Shown here piece by piece: positions 10,152 to 19,211 of a stretch of DNA of 46,905 nucleotides. The translations under genes were made by a program, and so were the position numbers. This DNA comes from a virus. The notes beneath the pieces were generated by a model, which worked only from the letters and a program-made list of their open reading frames with translations, searched no databases and was not told the origin of the DNA. The stretch lies in the IMG/VR virus record IMGVR_UViG_2850695442_000001. One strand, 5' to 3'. Numbering within the stretch: the first letter of the stretch is position 1; the number at the start of each line of letters is the position of its first letter.

Positions 10152-10352
10152 ATGGCAAATGGAACTGTAAAATGGTTTAATGCAACAAAGGGTTTTGGAT
10201 TTATTACCGCTGAAGATGGTAAGGATGTGTTTGCACACTTCTCACAAATTCAAGATGGTGGATTCAAAACACTTGATGAAGGTCAAAAAGTGACTTTTGA
10301 AATTGAAGATGGTCAACGTGGACCACAGGCTGTAAATATCGAAAAAGCTTAA
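10152..10352 (+). CDS. Cold-shock protein (lactococcal CspD/CspE-like)
   Basis: [18 protein letters not shown]...VFAHFS...[16 protein letters not shown] promoter at 10030, leader homologous to the first csp leader, terminator at 10371-10398. Confidence 0.95.
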   Translation: MANGTVKWFNATKGFGFITAEDGKDVFAHFSQIQDGGFKTLDEGQKVTFEIEDGQRGPQAVNIEKA

Positions 10353-10472
10353 TATTAGGTTGAATAGATTCCAAAGTAGAGATGCTTTGGTTTTTTTATG
10401 CTAAAATTGTGCTATAATGAGAGGTCTTTAACCTTATAAGGTAAGCTGGATAATTTATCCAGCTTCCTTTTT

Positions 10473-10516
10473 GGTTCTTTAGCTCAATTGATTAGACTTA
10501 ACGGCTCTAATGGTTC
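10473..10516 (+). pseudogene. tRNA 5' fragment (degenerate copy of the tRNA at 11813)
   Basis: GGTTCTTTAGCTCAATTGATTAGACTTAACGGCTCTAA, preceded by the same promoter/leader as the 11.8-kb copy. Confidence 0.6.
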
Positions 10517-10661
10517 ATAGAATCCCTGTCTTTTGGTGGGTATTTTTTATCGTTAAAATCTAATTTTATTAATTACGACTTGAAAAATCAAAGATAAATA
10601 TGTAAAATAAATGTAATTATAAAAAATGTATCAGTAAGATTGTGCAACCAAAGGAAAATTT

Positions 10662-11300
10662 ATGGGAAAGATAACATCAAATGTTTCGGCAGCAAAAGAA
10701 GCTGTGAGTGGTTTTGAGAAGATAGAAAAACCAGATTTTAAAAAGATTAATCTTGGTCAGAGTAATGTTCAGGGAATGAAAAATGCTTTAGAATTGTCTG
10801 AGATGTTAGGGAAAACAGTAAATGGGTTGCTTGATGTGACAAAAAAGCAAGCTGAAAAGATTGTAAAACTCGCTGAGAAAAAAGAACAAGATGATAAAAA
10901 CGATTCATCAATTTTTGGTAGTCATGTCAGTGGTGGTTCTGGCGGTGGACGCGGCTTTGACAATACCAAGGTTAAGGATAGTTGGATAAAAGTCGGTCAA
11001 AATGTTTCTGAGAATGCCGGCGTTTATTTCAAAGAAACCGACAAAAATTCTCCTGCGTATTCTGTCGATTTTGGAAAAGTGATAGAAAACATTTCAGGAG
11101 GTATGGTAGGGGCTTATGGGACTATAGCTCCTAATATAAATCCGAATCCTATCCCTCCTAAAAGAGAGAATCATACTGAGGAAGTTATTAATAATATAGG
11201 GCAGGGATATGATACAGCACTAGAGAACTCAAATGGTTATCAAAATGATAATTATCAGACCTCTCCATATGGTAAAGGTGGCACACCAAATGAACAATAG
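10662..11300 (+). CDS. T7SS TIGR04197/DUF3130-like (Lap) N-terminal domain fused to an unknown C-terminal extension
   Basis: First ~85 aa (GKITSNVSAAKEAV...AEKKEQDDK) resemble the 12151 protein, followed by GGSGGGRGF and ~115 further aa. Confidence 0.55.
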   Translation: MGKITSNVSAAKEAVSGFEKIEKPDFKKINLGQSNVQGMKNALELSEMLGKTVNGLLDVTKKQAEKIVKLAEKKEQDDKNDSSIFGSHVSGGSGGGRGFDNTKVKDSWIKVGQNVSENAGVYFKETDKNSPAYSVDFGKVIENISGGMVGAYGTIAPNINPNPIPPKRENHTEEVINNIGQGYDTALENSNGYQNDNYQTSPYGKGGTPNEQ

Positions 11301-11712
11301 TGAGAAGAAAATAGATAAAGATAATCTTGTATTTCAAATAGCTAAAATAGGCAGGCTTAGAGGGATTAATGGAAAATTTATTTCATCCTCTTCAAAGTAT
11401 AATAAAGAAGCTTTAAATTTTCTTTATGAATTTACTCGAATTTCGCTACAATATTTTGTAGAAAGTGAAAAACTATCTCCAGTGGTCTATCAGATTGCTT
11501 CCAATGCTTTAACGAAAGTAAAAGATGATATGGAGCGGACAGTTGAAGTAATAAAATACTTAGAGGAATGGATTAATAAAATTTCTGCTCCTGAGGCACT
11601 GAGAAATTTTTCGGAAGTAGATAAATATTTTTTTGAAGTCTATACTTACGATATCTACATGAAAGATTTAGATGTTGGAGAAGTCTACATGAATTTGAGA
11701 AAATATAAATAA
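11290..11712 (+). CDS. Hypothetical protein, possible immunity protein
   Basis: Overlaps the stop of the upstream gene; AAAGGTGG RBS; very AT-rich. Confidence 0.55.
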   Translation: MNNSEKKIDKDNLVFQIAKIGRLRGINGKFISSSSKYNKEALNFLYEFTRISLQYFVESEKLSPVVYQIASNALTKVKDDMERTVEVIKYLEEWINKISAPEALRNFSEVDKYFFEVYTYDIYMKDLDVGEVYMNLRKYK

Positions 11713-11812
11713 GAACACTAACGCGATAGACAAATTGTTTTTTAAACCCCAGCCAATTATGCTATAATGATTAAGTCTTTAACCTTATAAGGTAAGCTGG
11801 ATAATTATCCAG

Positions 11813-11886
11813 CTCCTTTTAGCTCAGTTGGTTAGAGCTAACGACTCATAACCGTTCGGTCGCTGGTTCGAGTCCAGCAAGAACCA
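11813..11886 (+). tRNA. tRNA with CAT anticodon (Met/Ile2), acceptor stem disrupted (likely pseudo-tRNA)
   Basis: D-arm AGCTCAGTTGGTTAGAGC, loop CTCATAA, T-arm GCTGGTTCGAGTCCAGC, 3' AAGAACCA. The 5' arm CTCCTTT pairs at only 3 of 7 positions. Confidence 0.75.
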
Positions 11887-12150
11887 TAAACATAAGTAGC
11901 AGAAATAGTCTGAAAGTGGTAAAAATGAGTAAATTATAAAAATAGCAAAAAAGACGCTAGAACAGATTCCTGGAATAGAAATTATAGGGAGTTCAGTAGA
12001 AGAGGGAAAAATATAAAACTTACAAGAAGTATCCAATATTGATGTGAATTGGATGCTTTTTCTTTGTTCATTTTATTTACATCACCTCTTGTAATTTAAG
12101 ATATATAACAGTAAAATAGTGTTAAAATAATTAGAGAATGAGGGTAATTT

Positions 12151-12414
12151 ATGGCGAGTATTCAAACGATTCCAGAAGTTGCGGAGGAACACACAAGTAA
12201 GATAAAATCAATTCAACTCAAAACAACGGCTCCAACCGTGTCAGTCAATTATACGGATATCGGTGCTATTCATCAAGGGGTAACGCTTAACACTCAAAGT
12301 GCCAGCTATGCAAAGAATATCGAGGAAGATATCAAAAACTTTGCAAGTGATTTGGTAGATATGGCAAGTAAAAAGGTAGCAGATGACAAAAGTGCTGCGA
12401 AAGGTTTTAAATAA
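12151..12414 (+). CDS. TIGR04197/DUF3130-like LXG-associated helical protein (Lap1-like)
   Basis: 87 aa, helical, C-terminal KKVADDKSAAKGF; first of two small genes before the LXG gene. Confidence 0.7.
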   Translation: MASIQTIPEVAEEHTSKIKSIQLKTTAPTVSVNYTDIGAIHQGVTLNTQSASYAKNIEEDIKNFASDLVDMASKKVADDKSAAKGFK

Positions 12415-12423
12415 GGGGGAGTT

Positions 12424-12753
12424 ATGGAAACATTTGAAAGTGTAAATCGACAAATTATGCAAGCAGAAGAAGATTTTGATGCACTTTCCCGACAAGAAAG
12501 AAAGCTATCAGAGTTTGAAGACCGTTTTAATGAAACACAGCGCTTGGTACAACAGACAACGGATATTTTCGGTACTAATAGCCAAAATGGACACAATCGG
12601 GAAATTGCGAGCGAAATGTTATCACGGTCAATGACAGTAAACGCTCATTTCTCGGAGCTTGTAGAAGAAGGGCATAAGAGTATTAAACAAGAAAAAAATC
12701 GTTTGGATGACAAACGAGAAGAACTCTACAAACAAAGGAGTACATTGATTTAA
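12424..12753 (+). CDS. DUF3958-like LXG-associated helical protein (Lap2-like)
   Basis: 109-aa helical hairpin whose stop overlaps the LXG start. Confidence 0.65.
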   Translation: METFESVNRQIMQAEEDFDALSRQERKLSEFEDRFNETQRLVQQTTDIFGTNSQNGHNREIASEMLSRSMTVNAHFSELVEEGHKSIKQEKNRLDDKREELYKQRSTLI

Positions 12754-14648
12754 TGGTAAAATTAGACATCAACGAAGTGCAAGAAATGCTTAACACTGGC
12801 AAGCACCTTGAAAGTAATAATGCTTCTTTAAATATTACTCTCTCAACTTTGAGAAACTTTGCGGATGAAAGCCAGCTAAAAGGACAAACGTGGAACTCAG
12901 CAAAAACAGCGAGTACAGATGCTTATGTTCCACTTATTCAAGGTCAGATTGCTTATAATGAAGCTGTGATTGCAGGAAATAAAAAAGTCCAGAGTGCTGT
13001 CAATAACTTTCGCTATCCGACACCTTTAGACGAGAGTTTATTGACGGTCACAATGGATGGCTATACGAGGGCAAGAAATAATTATGTTGAAATGGTGCGT
13101 GAATTGACCTACGAAATGCGAGCCAATCCAACGATGGTTCCTGTGTATCAACAACTTGAATGGGAATACCAAGGCGAAATTGAAAGTCTTGGTGACGCAA
13201 TTTCTGAGTTGAGCAAACAAATTGAAGCCCTTCATGAGTTTGCGAGTGCTGTGAGTGACGCTTATGACGAAGCAGAGAGTATCAAAGGGAATCTTGAAAA
13301 GGGTTTTTCAACCCTTGGCAAAGGTGGCAGTAATGCTTATCATAACGGACACTTTACAATTTCAGCGATGTCTGATTGGGCACTTTCTCTGGGTGAGGAT
13401 TATGAGCTTAAGGTCAATGCTAAAAAGTATAAACAAATCTTAGCGACTTTAAATACTGCTAAAATGAGTGATTCAGAAGCCAAAGCCTATAAGAATAAAA
13501 TCCGTCAAGAGCTTGCCTATCTGGACTTAAAAGGCTGGAATGAAACGGGAGAGAAAGACTATGTGAAATATCTCAATGCAGAATATAAAAACTTTATCAA
13601 GGATGACATTCTTCATTTGACAGAAGAGAGTCAATGGATGGCACCTAATGGGGCAGGAAGTGTCTTGATAAGAGGGTTGCATAATTTCATTGAAAATTCA
13701 GGCAATGATTTATTTATAAAAACAACTTTTACAAGCCAAGAAGGAATGCCGAAAGCTAGTTTGTCAGGGAAATCCCAGTGGTCAGTAGTGATGCCGAATG
13801 GAGAGCGTTTTGACCCAGCCTTTCTGTCTTACTTTGGCGAAGATATGCCAAATATTACTATCAAAAAGACAAATTTCGAAGTCCGTTCCTTAGCAACCTC
13901 AGGACAGCGGTATGACCCGAATCATCCCTATGTTTATTATCTTTTTTCTGATGGAAAATATGATAAAGAAGCCACTGAACAATTTTTCTATGAAGGTTCA
14001 AGTATTCATTCCACTTACTTTGTTTCCTCCGCAGTAGAGGGAGTGAAAAATCAAGTGGTATCTGGTATTGAGGAATTTGCATTATTTTCAGCAATAGTAC
14101 CCGTTGACCCTGAAGCATTAGCAGGCGAAGCATTGATAGAAGATGCAGGTGCGGGTGTTTTTGCGAAAACAGATGAACTTGGGAAATTAAGTGCAGGTTA
14201 TCGAGGTGTACAGGTTGAACGACTTAATCAAATAGTGGATAATATTAGCGCAAATCAAACACGTTTATCAAAAAGCCAAATACAATCCTTGATTGAAGCG
14301 AGCGATAACAATATAACTTCAAAAACTACTTTGTTAGGAGGATGGAAACCCAATGACCTTTCTTATGAGCAGTTGGCTAACAGGGCGGGATATAATTATT
14401 ATGATATGGGTTCTGCTTATGATAAATTAGAAATTAAAATACCTACGGCTGGGCAAGATATCAATGAAGCTTGGCTAGATGAAAAAATAAAAGCTGGGAA
14501 TGACTTTGTGTTGAGTAAAGACCCAACAGCTGCTGATATTGGAAAATCGTATAAGTTAGAATTACAAAAATTGGATTCAAATGGTTATATCATCCCTGAT
14601 AAACCCTCAGCTGATGGCTTGTGGCATATCACTAAAGGAGGAAAATAA
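12753..14648 (+). CDS. LXG-domain polymorphic toxin (T7SSb substrate)
   Basis: QLKGQTWNSAK LXG signature, helical N-terminus, distinct ~130-aa C-terminal domain, and lap-lap-toxin-immunity gene order. Confidence 0.85.
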   Translation: MVKLDINEVQEMLNTGKHLESNNASLNITLSTLRNFADESQLKGQTWNSAKTASTDAYVPLIQGQIAYNEAVIAGNKKVQSAVNNFRYPTPLDESLLTVTMDGYTRARNNYVEMVRELTYEMRANPTMVPVYQQLEWEYQGEIESLGDAISELSKQIEALHEFASAVSDAYDEAESIKGNLEKGFSTLGKGGSNAYHNGHFTISAMSDWALSLGEDYELKVNAKKYKQILATLNTAKMSDSEAKAYKNKIRQELAYLDLKGWNETGEKDYVKYLNAEYKNFIKDDILHLTEESQWMAPNGAGSVLIRGLHNFIENSGNDLFIKTTFTSQEGMPKASLSGKSQWSVVMPNGERFDPAFLSYFGEDMPNITIKKTNFEVRSLATSGQRYDPNHPYVYYLFSDGKYDKEATEQFFYEGSSIHSTYFVSSAVEGVKNQVVSGIEEFALFSAIVPVDPEALAGEALIEDAGAGVFAKTDELGKLSAGYRGVQVERLNQIVDNISANQTRLSKSQIQSLIEASDNNITSKTTLLGGWKPNDLSYEQLANRAGYNYYDMGSAYDKLEIKIPTAGQDINEAWLDEKIKAGNDFVLSKDPTAADIGKSYKLELQKLDSNGYIIPDKPSADGLWHITKGGK

Positions 14649-14649
14649 T

Positions 14650-15117
14650 ATGATAGATAGAAACAAAATACCAGTTCATATATTAAATTCACTCGGTTTT
14701 AATAATTTAGAAAAAGCATTAAAAAATGTATTTGATTTTAATATAAAAGATGCCGATATGATTTATGTAAGGGCACAAGGAAATCAAAATGAAAAAGAAC
14801 TTTATAAGGATGATTTTAGACTATATCTAAAACTCTATAATACTAAGGTTGAAATTGTCATAGAAGACACTCGTGAATTTGGTGGAATGTGGCGAGGTGC
14901 AGGTGGTAATTTATATCTTTCCATTGAGGATATTAGTGAAAAGCATTCTCCATGGAATAAAGGGAATGATGGAAATTATTACAACTTTTTGATTTATCTT
15001 GTTTCTCCGGAAGAAGTAGATTTCTTAAAACATGAAGGGGCTCTTGGAAAAAATGAGCCAGCTATCGAAAACTCATTATTAATCTTAAAGAAATATTTAG
15101 AAAAAGGTAAGCAATAA
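14650..15117 (+). CDS. Putative cognate immunity protein
   Basis: AAAGGAGG RBS inside the toxin 3' end; starts 1 nt after its stop. Confidence 0.65.
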   Translation: MIDRNKIPVHILNSLGFNNLEKALKNVFDFNIKDADMIYVRAQGNQNEKELYKDDFRLYLKLYNTKVEIVIEDTREFGGMWRGAGGNLYLSIEDISEKHSPWNKGNDGNYYNFLIYLVSPEEVDFLKHEGALGKNEPAIENSLLILKKYLEKGKQ

Positions 15118-15276
15118 ATTTGGTCAGAACAAGCATTTCTTTGAAGACAGAGATGGCAAATGGTGGGCAGTTAAATGAAAGAAAAATAAAAACGCTTTGT
15201 TCCACTTATTATAGCTTTACCAATCTTAGTAATCAATCACATAAAGCAAAAAAGAAATGGGAGAAGAAAGCCAAAC

Positions 15277-15747
15277 ATGAACTCAAGTATTTATGCTATT
15301 CAAAATAGAAAACAATATGAGCAACTCGTTAAAGTCATTGCCAAAGTTTTTAAAACAGGATTTGAAGTATTAAGTTTTGAAGATGATTCAATAGGAATTC
15401 CAGAGAGTAATGATTTTCAAATTATTATAAAATTTCCTAAATTTGATAGAGTTGTTCTAATTGGTCTTGTCAAGAGTGGAAAAGGCTATCAAACTATTGA
15501 CGATGGCTTTTTCACGGCTTGTGTGCAATATAATGGGGCGAAAGATGTATGGTTTGGAATTCCTTTTAAAGGTTTAGATGATTTACTAGGGGATGCTCTT
15601 AAATATGATACTGTTTATGCAGGGGGAAGTTCAGAAGATGAAGAAAAACAACTTGACTATTTTGGAAAGTTAAAATCTGAACTTGAACGTCTCCAAAAAG
15701 CTGATGATGAACGTAGTTGGTGGGATAAACATTCCTTTGGTTTTTGA
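15277..15747 (+). CDS. Putative orphan immunity protein
   Basis: 156-aa acidic ORF in the tail of the toxin locus. Confidence 0.55.
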   Translation: MNSSIYAIQNRKQYEQLVKVIAKVFKTGFEVLSFEDDSIGIPESNDFQIIIKFPKFDRVVLIGLVKSGKGYQTIDDGFFTACVQYNGAKDVWFGIPFKGLDDLLGDALKYDTVYAGGSSEDEEKQLDYFGKLKSELERLQKADDERSWWDKHSFGF

Positions 15748-16119
15748 TAGAGTTAAAGACTGGATTTTAGTTTTATGAGAAATTAAAAGGTTTACAGACG
15801 AAAAGACTCCATGTCTTGCTATAAAAGTAAAACAGAGCAAGAACTTGGTAGATTTCCTATTTATTCTCCAAAGAACGAGGTTATGAACCTCAAAGAGAAG
15901 AAGTTAAACGAGTGCTTTATGCAATTAAAGCTTGGACAATGGCAGGGTTAGAACGAATTTCATGGGTGAATGTAGCAATTAATTTCTATAAAAATTATCT
16001 CAAGCATTTGGCTTAATAACACCATTAAGTGGGGTGTAAAGCAGATAATAATATAAAAAAGACTTATGAATTAGTATTTTCATAAGTCTTTTATTTCACT
16101 TAATTAACGACTCTTTATT

Positions 16120-16359
16120 TTATAAAGTTTTATCAATATTTCGAGTTTTCAACATATTATCAATAAGCCATACTCCCATAATTAGAATGATTATTGATAG
16201 GATAAATTGTAAAATAACTGTGAAAAAAGGAGCAGGAACATTTTCTGTACCACTTAGTATAAGACCTGATAACTTAAAAGATATAAACCAAGCTAGCCCT
16301 TGACCTCCAAATGATAGTTTATTTAACTGTTCATGTACATGTTTTAAGTAATTATACAT
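16120..16359 (-). CDS. Small two-TM membrane protein (possible bacteriocin immunity)
   Basis: GGAGGGG RBS and two hydrophobic stretches; divergent from the bacteriocin pseudogene. Confidence 0.55.
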   Translation of the reverse strand: MYNYLKHVHEQLNKLSFGGQGLAWFISFKLSGLILSGTENVPAPFFTVILQFILSIIILIMGVWLIDNMLKTRNIDKTL

Positions 16360-16441
16360 AAATCCCCTCCTTGACATGAGTACATATAATCAAATTTAGT
16401 TGATGTTAATGTAATTATATCAAAGGAGGAGGGAAAGTACA

Positions 16442-16783
16442 ATGAAGAAAATTGTGTTACTATTTGCTGTATTAGGGTTTTCAATTGTAACTGTTGAAAA
16501 AGTAGCTTTTGCAGACAATGACCAGACTTCAGGGGCTAACTGTAGAACAGTTAAAAAAATAAGGTAATGCACAGACTAGAAAAGTTTCTAATGTAGGCGG
16601 TGGAATTTGGTATATTATATCTAATGTAAATGGACGAACATTATCTGAATATTATCATAGAGATAAAAAACACTCTGCTACAGTGCATAATAAGAATGGC
16701 ACTTTTGATAAGGTGAAAATTCTGTTTATTGGGATAATGTGCCCAAAGAAAAAGCGGGAGATTACAACTACCTTGCAGTATAA
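16442..16783 (+). pseudogene. Lactococcin 972-family bacteriocin pseudogene
   Basis: Sec signal MKKIVLLFAV...AFA. In shifted frames: VGGGIW...SEYYHRDKKHSATV and NSVYWD. Carries a frameshift, an in-frame TAA and a probable deletion. Confidence 0.7.
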
Positions 16784-16887
16784 ATATAAGTCTAGTATTT
16801 TTATAAATTTTCTAGAGTGCCTGTTAACAAATGTTAATGTCTACCCTTTGGCTTTGTGATAAGATGAACAAGTGAAGGGAGAGTTTT

Positions 16888-17310
16888 ATGAAAAACTACA
16901 AAAAATTATCTATCATCACTCTTTTAGCACTTACAGGATTGGGGACTTTTGGAACTTTGAGTGTAAATGCTGCAACCAAGTCTAAAACAACGACTGCAAC
17001 TCTTGGTATCAAGGGAGTTGCTAGTATGACAGACCACGTGTATTTTTCTTACACAGGAAGTAAAATAACAACTTCTTCAGGTAGTCAAAGTGTTACAGCT
17101 TTAATTCCATCAGTGTGGATTTCAAAAGGTGGGATTAAAGTAATTGACAGTAGTGGCGCATGGAAAAAATTGTATCAAGGAAAGTATACTGTTGGGGTAG
17201 GAGTTAATGCAGGAAGTCTCGGTCATTTGGGTGTAAGTGTCGGAGATAAATATATCCGAACAGCCATACAAGGAGATGGAACATACGGATACTACTCTTT
17301 TAACGGATAA
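16888..17310 (+). CDS. Secreted cationic, Gly/Ser/beta-rich protein (bacteriocin-like candidate)
   Basis: Signal peptide ending VNA; directly upstream of an ABC transporter pair. Confidence 0.6.
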   Translation: MKNYKKLSIITLLALTGLGTFGTLSVNAATKSKTTTATLGIKGVASMTDHVYFSYTGSKITTSSGSQSVTALIPSVWISKGGIKVIDSSGAWKKLYQGKYTVGVGVNAGSLGHLGVSVGDKYIRTAIQGDGTYGYYSFNG

Positions 17311-17392
17311 GTTTAATAAACTATTATGATATACCACTTGCTTAGGCTTGTAATTTTTAAAGCAAGTGGTATATTTTTATATAAGGGGGGCA

Positions 17393-18061
17393 ATGATGGA
17401 ATTAGGAGTAATAGATTTAGCACTAAAATTTAATGAGCAGGTCATCTTCAAACATGCTAATGTTTCGTTTGAATCGGGAAAAATTTCCTTTGTCATGGCA
17501 CCAAATGGTACCGGTAAAACGACACTGATAAAACTACTGACGGGATTATTAAAAGTAGACAAGGGAGTAATAGCTAATAGTGTACAAAATTTTGATTGCT
17601 TTGTTCTTTTTGATAAATTGAGTTTGTACGGAAATTTGACAGGACTTGAAAATATTAAATTATTTACAGAGTTTAAAATTCATCAAAGAAAAATAGAAAA
17701 AATAGCTTTATCTTATTTTTCAAAAAAAGTTCTTAATAAAAAAGTTAAAAATTATTCGTTGGGTGAAGGGAAAAAATTATCTTTGATTATTTGGGAGCTT
17801 CTTAAACCGCAAATTACAATTATGGACGAGGTTACAAATGGTCTTGATTACGAAACTCTGAAAACTTTAAGAGAGAAATTAAATGATTCTAAAATGGGAA
17901 AAATTGTTTTGCTAACAGGACATCAATTTGAATTTTATGAAGAAATGATTGATAGTTTGTATGTTATAAAAAATAATCAAATTGTTGAAATTATAAATTG
18001 GGGGGAAAGAAGGTTAGCAGATGTCTATGAAGAAAACTTTGCAACAAGAGCTGTTTTATAG
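17393..18061 (+). CDS. ABC transporter ATP-binding protein
   Basis: APNGTGKT, signature YSLGE, Walker B IMDE, H-loop TGH. Confidence 0.92.
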   Translation: MMELGVIDLALKFNEQVIFKHANVSFESGKISFVMAPNGTGKTTLIKLLTGLLKVDKGVIANSVQNFDCFVLFDKLSLYGNLTGLENIKLFTEFKIHQRKIEKIALSYFSKKVLNKKVKNYSLGEGKKLSLIIWELLKPQITIMDEVTNGLDYETLKTLREKLNDSKMGKIVLLTGHQFEFYEEMIDSLYVIKNNQIVEIINWGERRLADVYEENFATRAVL

Positions 18062-18935
18062 CATTAAATCAAAAATGGTTTTGGGAATAGCACTTGCAAC
18101 GATTATTCTTGTATTAATAGGTGCTTTTCAAGGAGTTATGACATTTAATGGTGCAAAGTCTTTGGTGGATATGGATAAGAAAAATGATATACATTTTCAA
18201 GAAAATATCAAAAAAGGATATTCTTCTAGATTAGACAGTCAGGGAGGGCTTGAAGTTGATAACCTTTCAGCTTATGATTTTGCACAATTAAATACTTCAG
18301 CCCAACAAGTTTCTGCATCTAGCTTGCCAGAGTTTCTATTTAAAACTTATGGTTTAACTTTTTTCTCTATTCTAGCTTTTATTATTGGTGTGCTAATTTC
18401 TAGTTATGATTATAAATTTGAAACTTATCAGCGCAGATTATCAAGGAGTTCCTGGAAAGAAATAATTACTGGAAAAATTGCAGTAATTATCGTGCTCATT
18501 TTGGGAGTATATATACTAGCCTTTGCATTTTCTGTTACAATAGGAAGAATTTTACCTTTTATTACACATGTCCACGTTTCAAATTTTAATTTTTCTAGAT
18601 TTTGGGCTAGTCTTTTAATGACAGGAATTTCATTTATGCTCGGTTTGGCGTTAGCTTTAGTTGGTTTTGCAGTAAATATGGTTGTTCGTCGTGTTGTTGC
18701 TGTTATTGTTACTTTTATCGTGTATGTTGCTGTTATTCCTAGTTTGGGGAAATTTGATTGGAAAAATATTATTTTGAACCTGTATTCACATTTTGGAACG
18801 AGATTAAATGTTGAGCAACTTCCTTTTACAACACTTCCAATTTCTCTTGTAATCTCCCTCTTTTTGCTCTATGTAGGGGTAATTTTAGTAATTTGTGGAG
18901 TGATTTTTTCAAAACGGACTCGATTTATGCTTTAA
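18027..18935 (+). CDS. ABC-2 type permease
   Basis: One TM, an extracellular loop, then five TMs; overlaps the ATPase gene. Confidence 0.85.
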   Translation: MKKTLQQELFYSIKSKMVLGIALATIILVLIGAFQGVMTFNGAKSLVDMDKKNDIHFQENIKKGYSSRLDSQGGLEVDNLSAYDFAQLNTSAQQVSASSLPEFLFKTYGLTFFSILAFIIGVLISSYDYKFETYQRRLSRSSWKEIITGKIAVIIVLILGVYILAFAFSVTIGRILPFITHVHVSNFNFSRFWASLLMTGISFMLGLALALVGFAVNMVVRRVVAVIVTFIVYVAVIPSLGKFDWKNIILNLYSHFGTRLNVEQLPFTTLPISLVISLFLLYVGVILVICGVIFSKRTRFML

Positions 18936-19211
18936 AGAGTTTGGAGTGTAATTAATAAAGGGCATGTAAAACAAAACAAAGAGTTGTTATCAATTTAACA
19001 ACTCTTTGTTTTATAAAATTGAAGAATTAATTGTAAATAAAATGAGGTAAGCAGTTGCAAATCCCTTCTAAAAACTGTAAAATAAACTTAATAATAATCA
19101 CATGAAAATTTAAGAAGAATTTTACTTAATGGGAACATCAAAGCTAGGTTCTAACTCAATAGTGGCACAAGAAGTGATTTCTGAATTAATTGGAAAAGAT
19201 ACTCATTCATA

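Noticed and set aside
15120-15308. 62-aa ORF as a functional gene
   Set aside because: Weak start; more likely a toxin-tail remnant before an orphan immunity gene.
9554-19152. 14-bp match CAAAGCTAGGTTCT at 9554 and 19139 as att sites
   Set aside because: Short, with no adjacent recombinase and no other boundary evidence.
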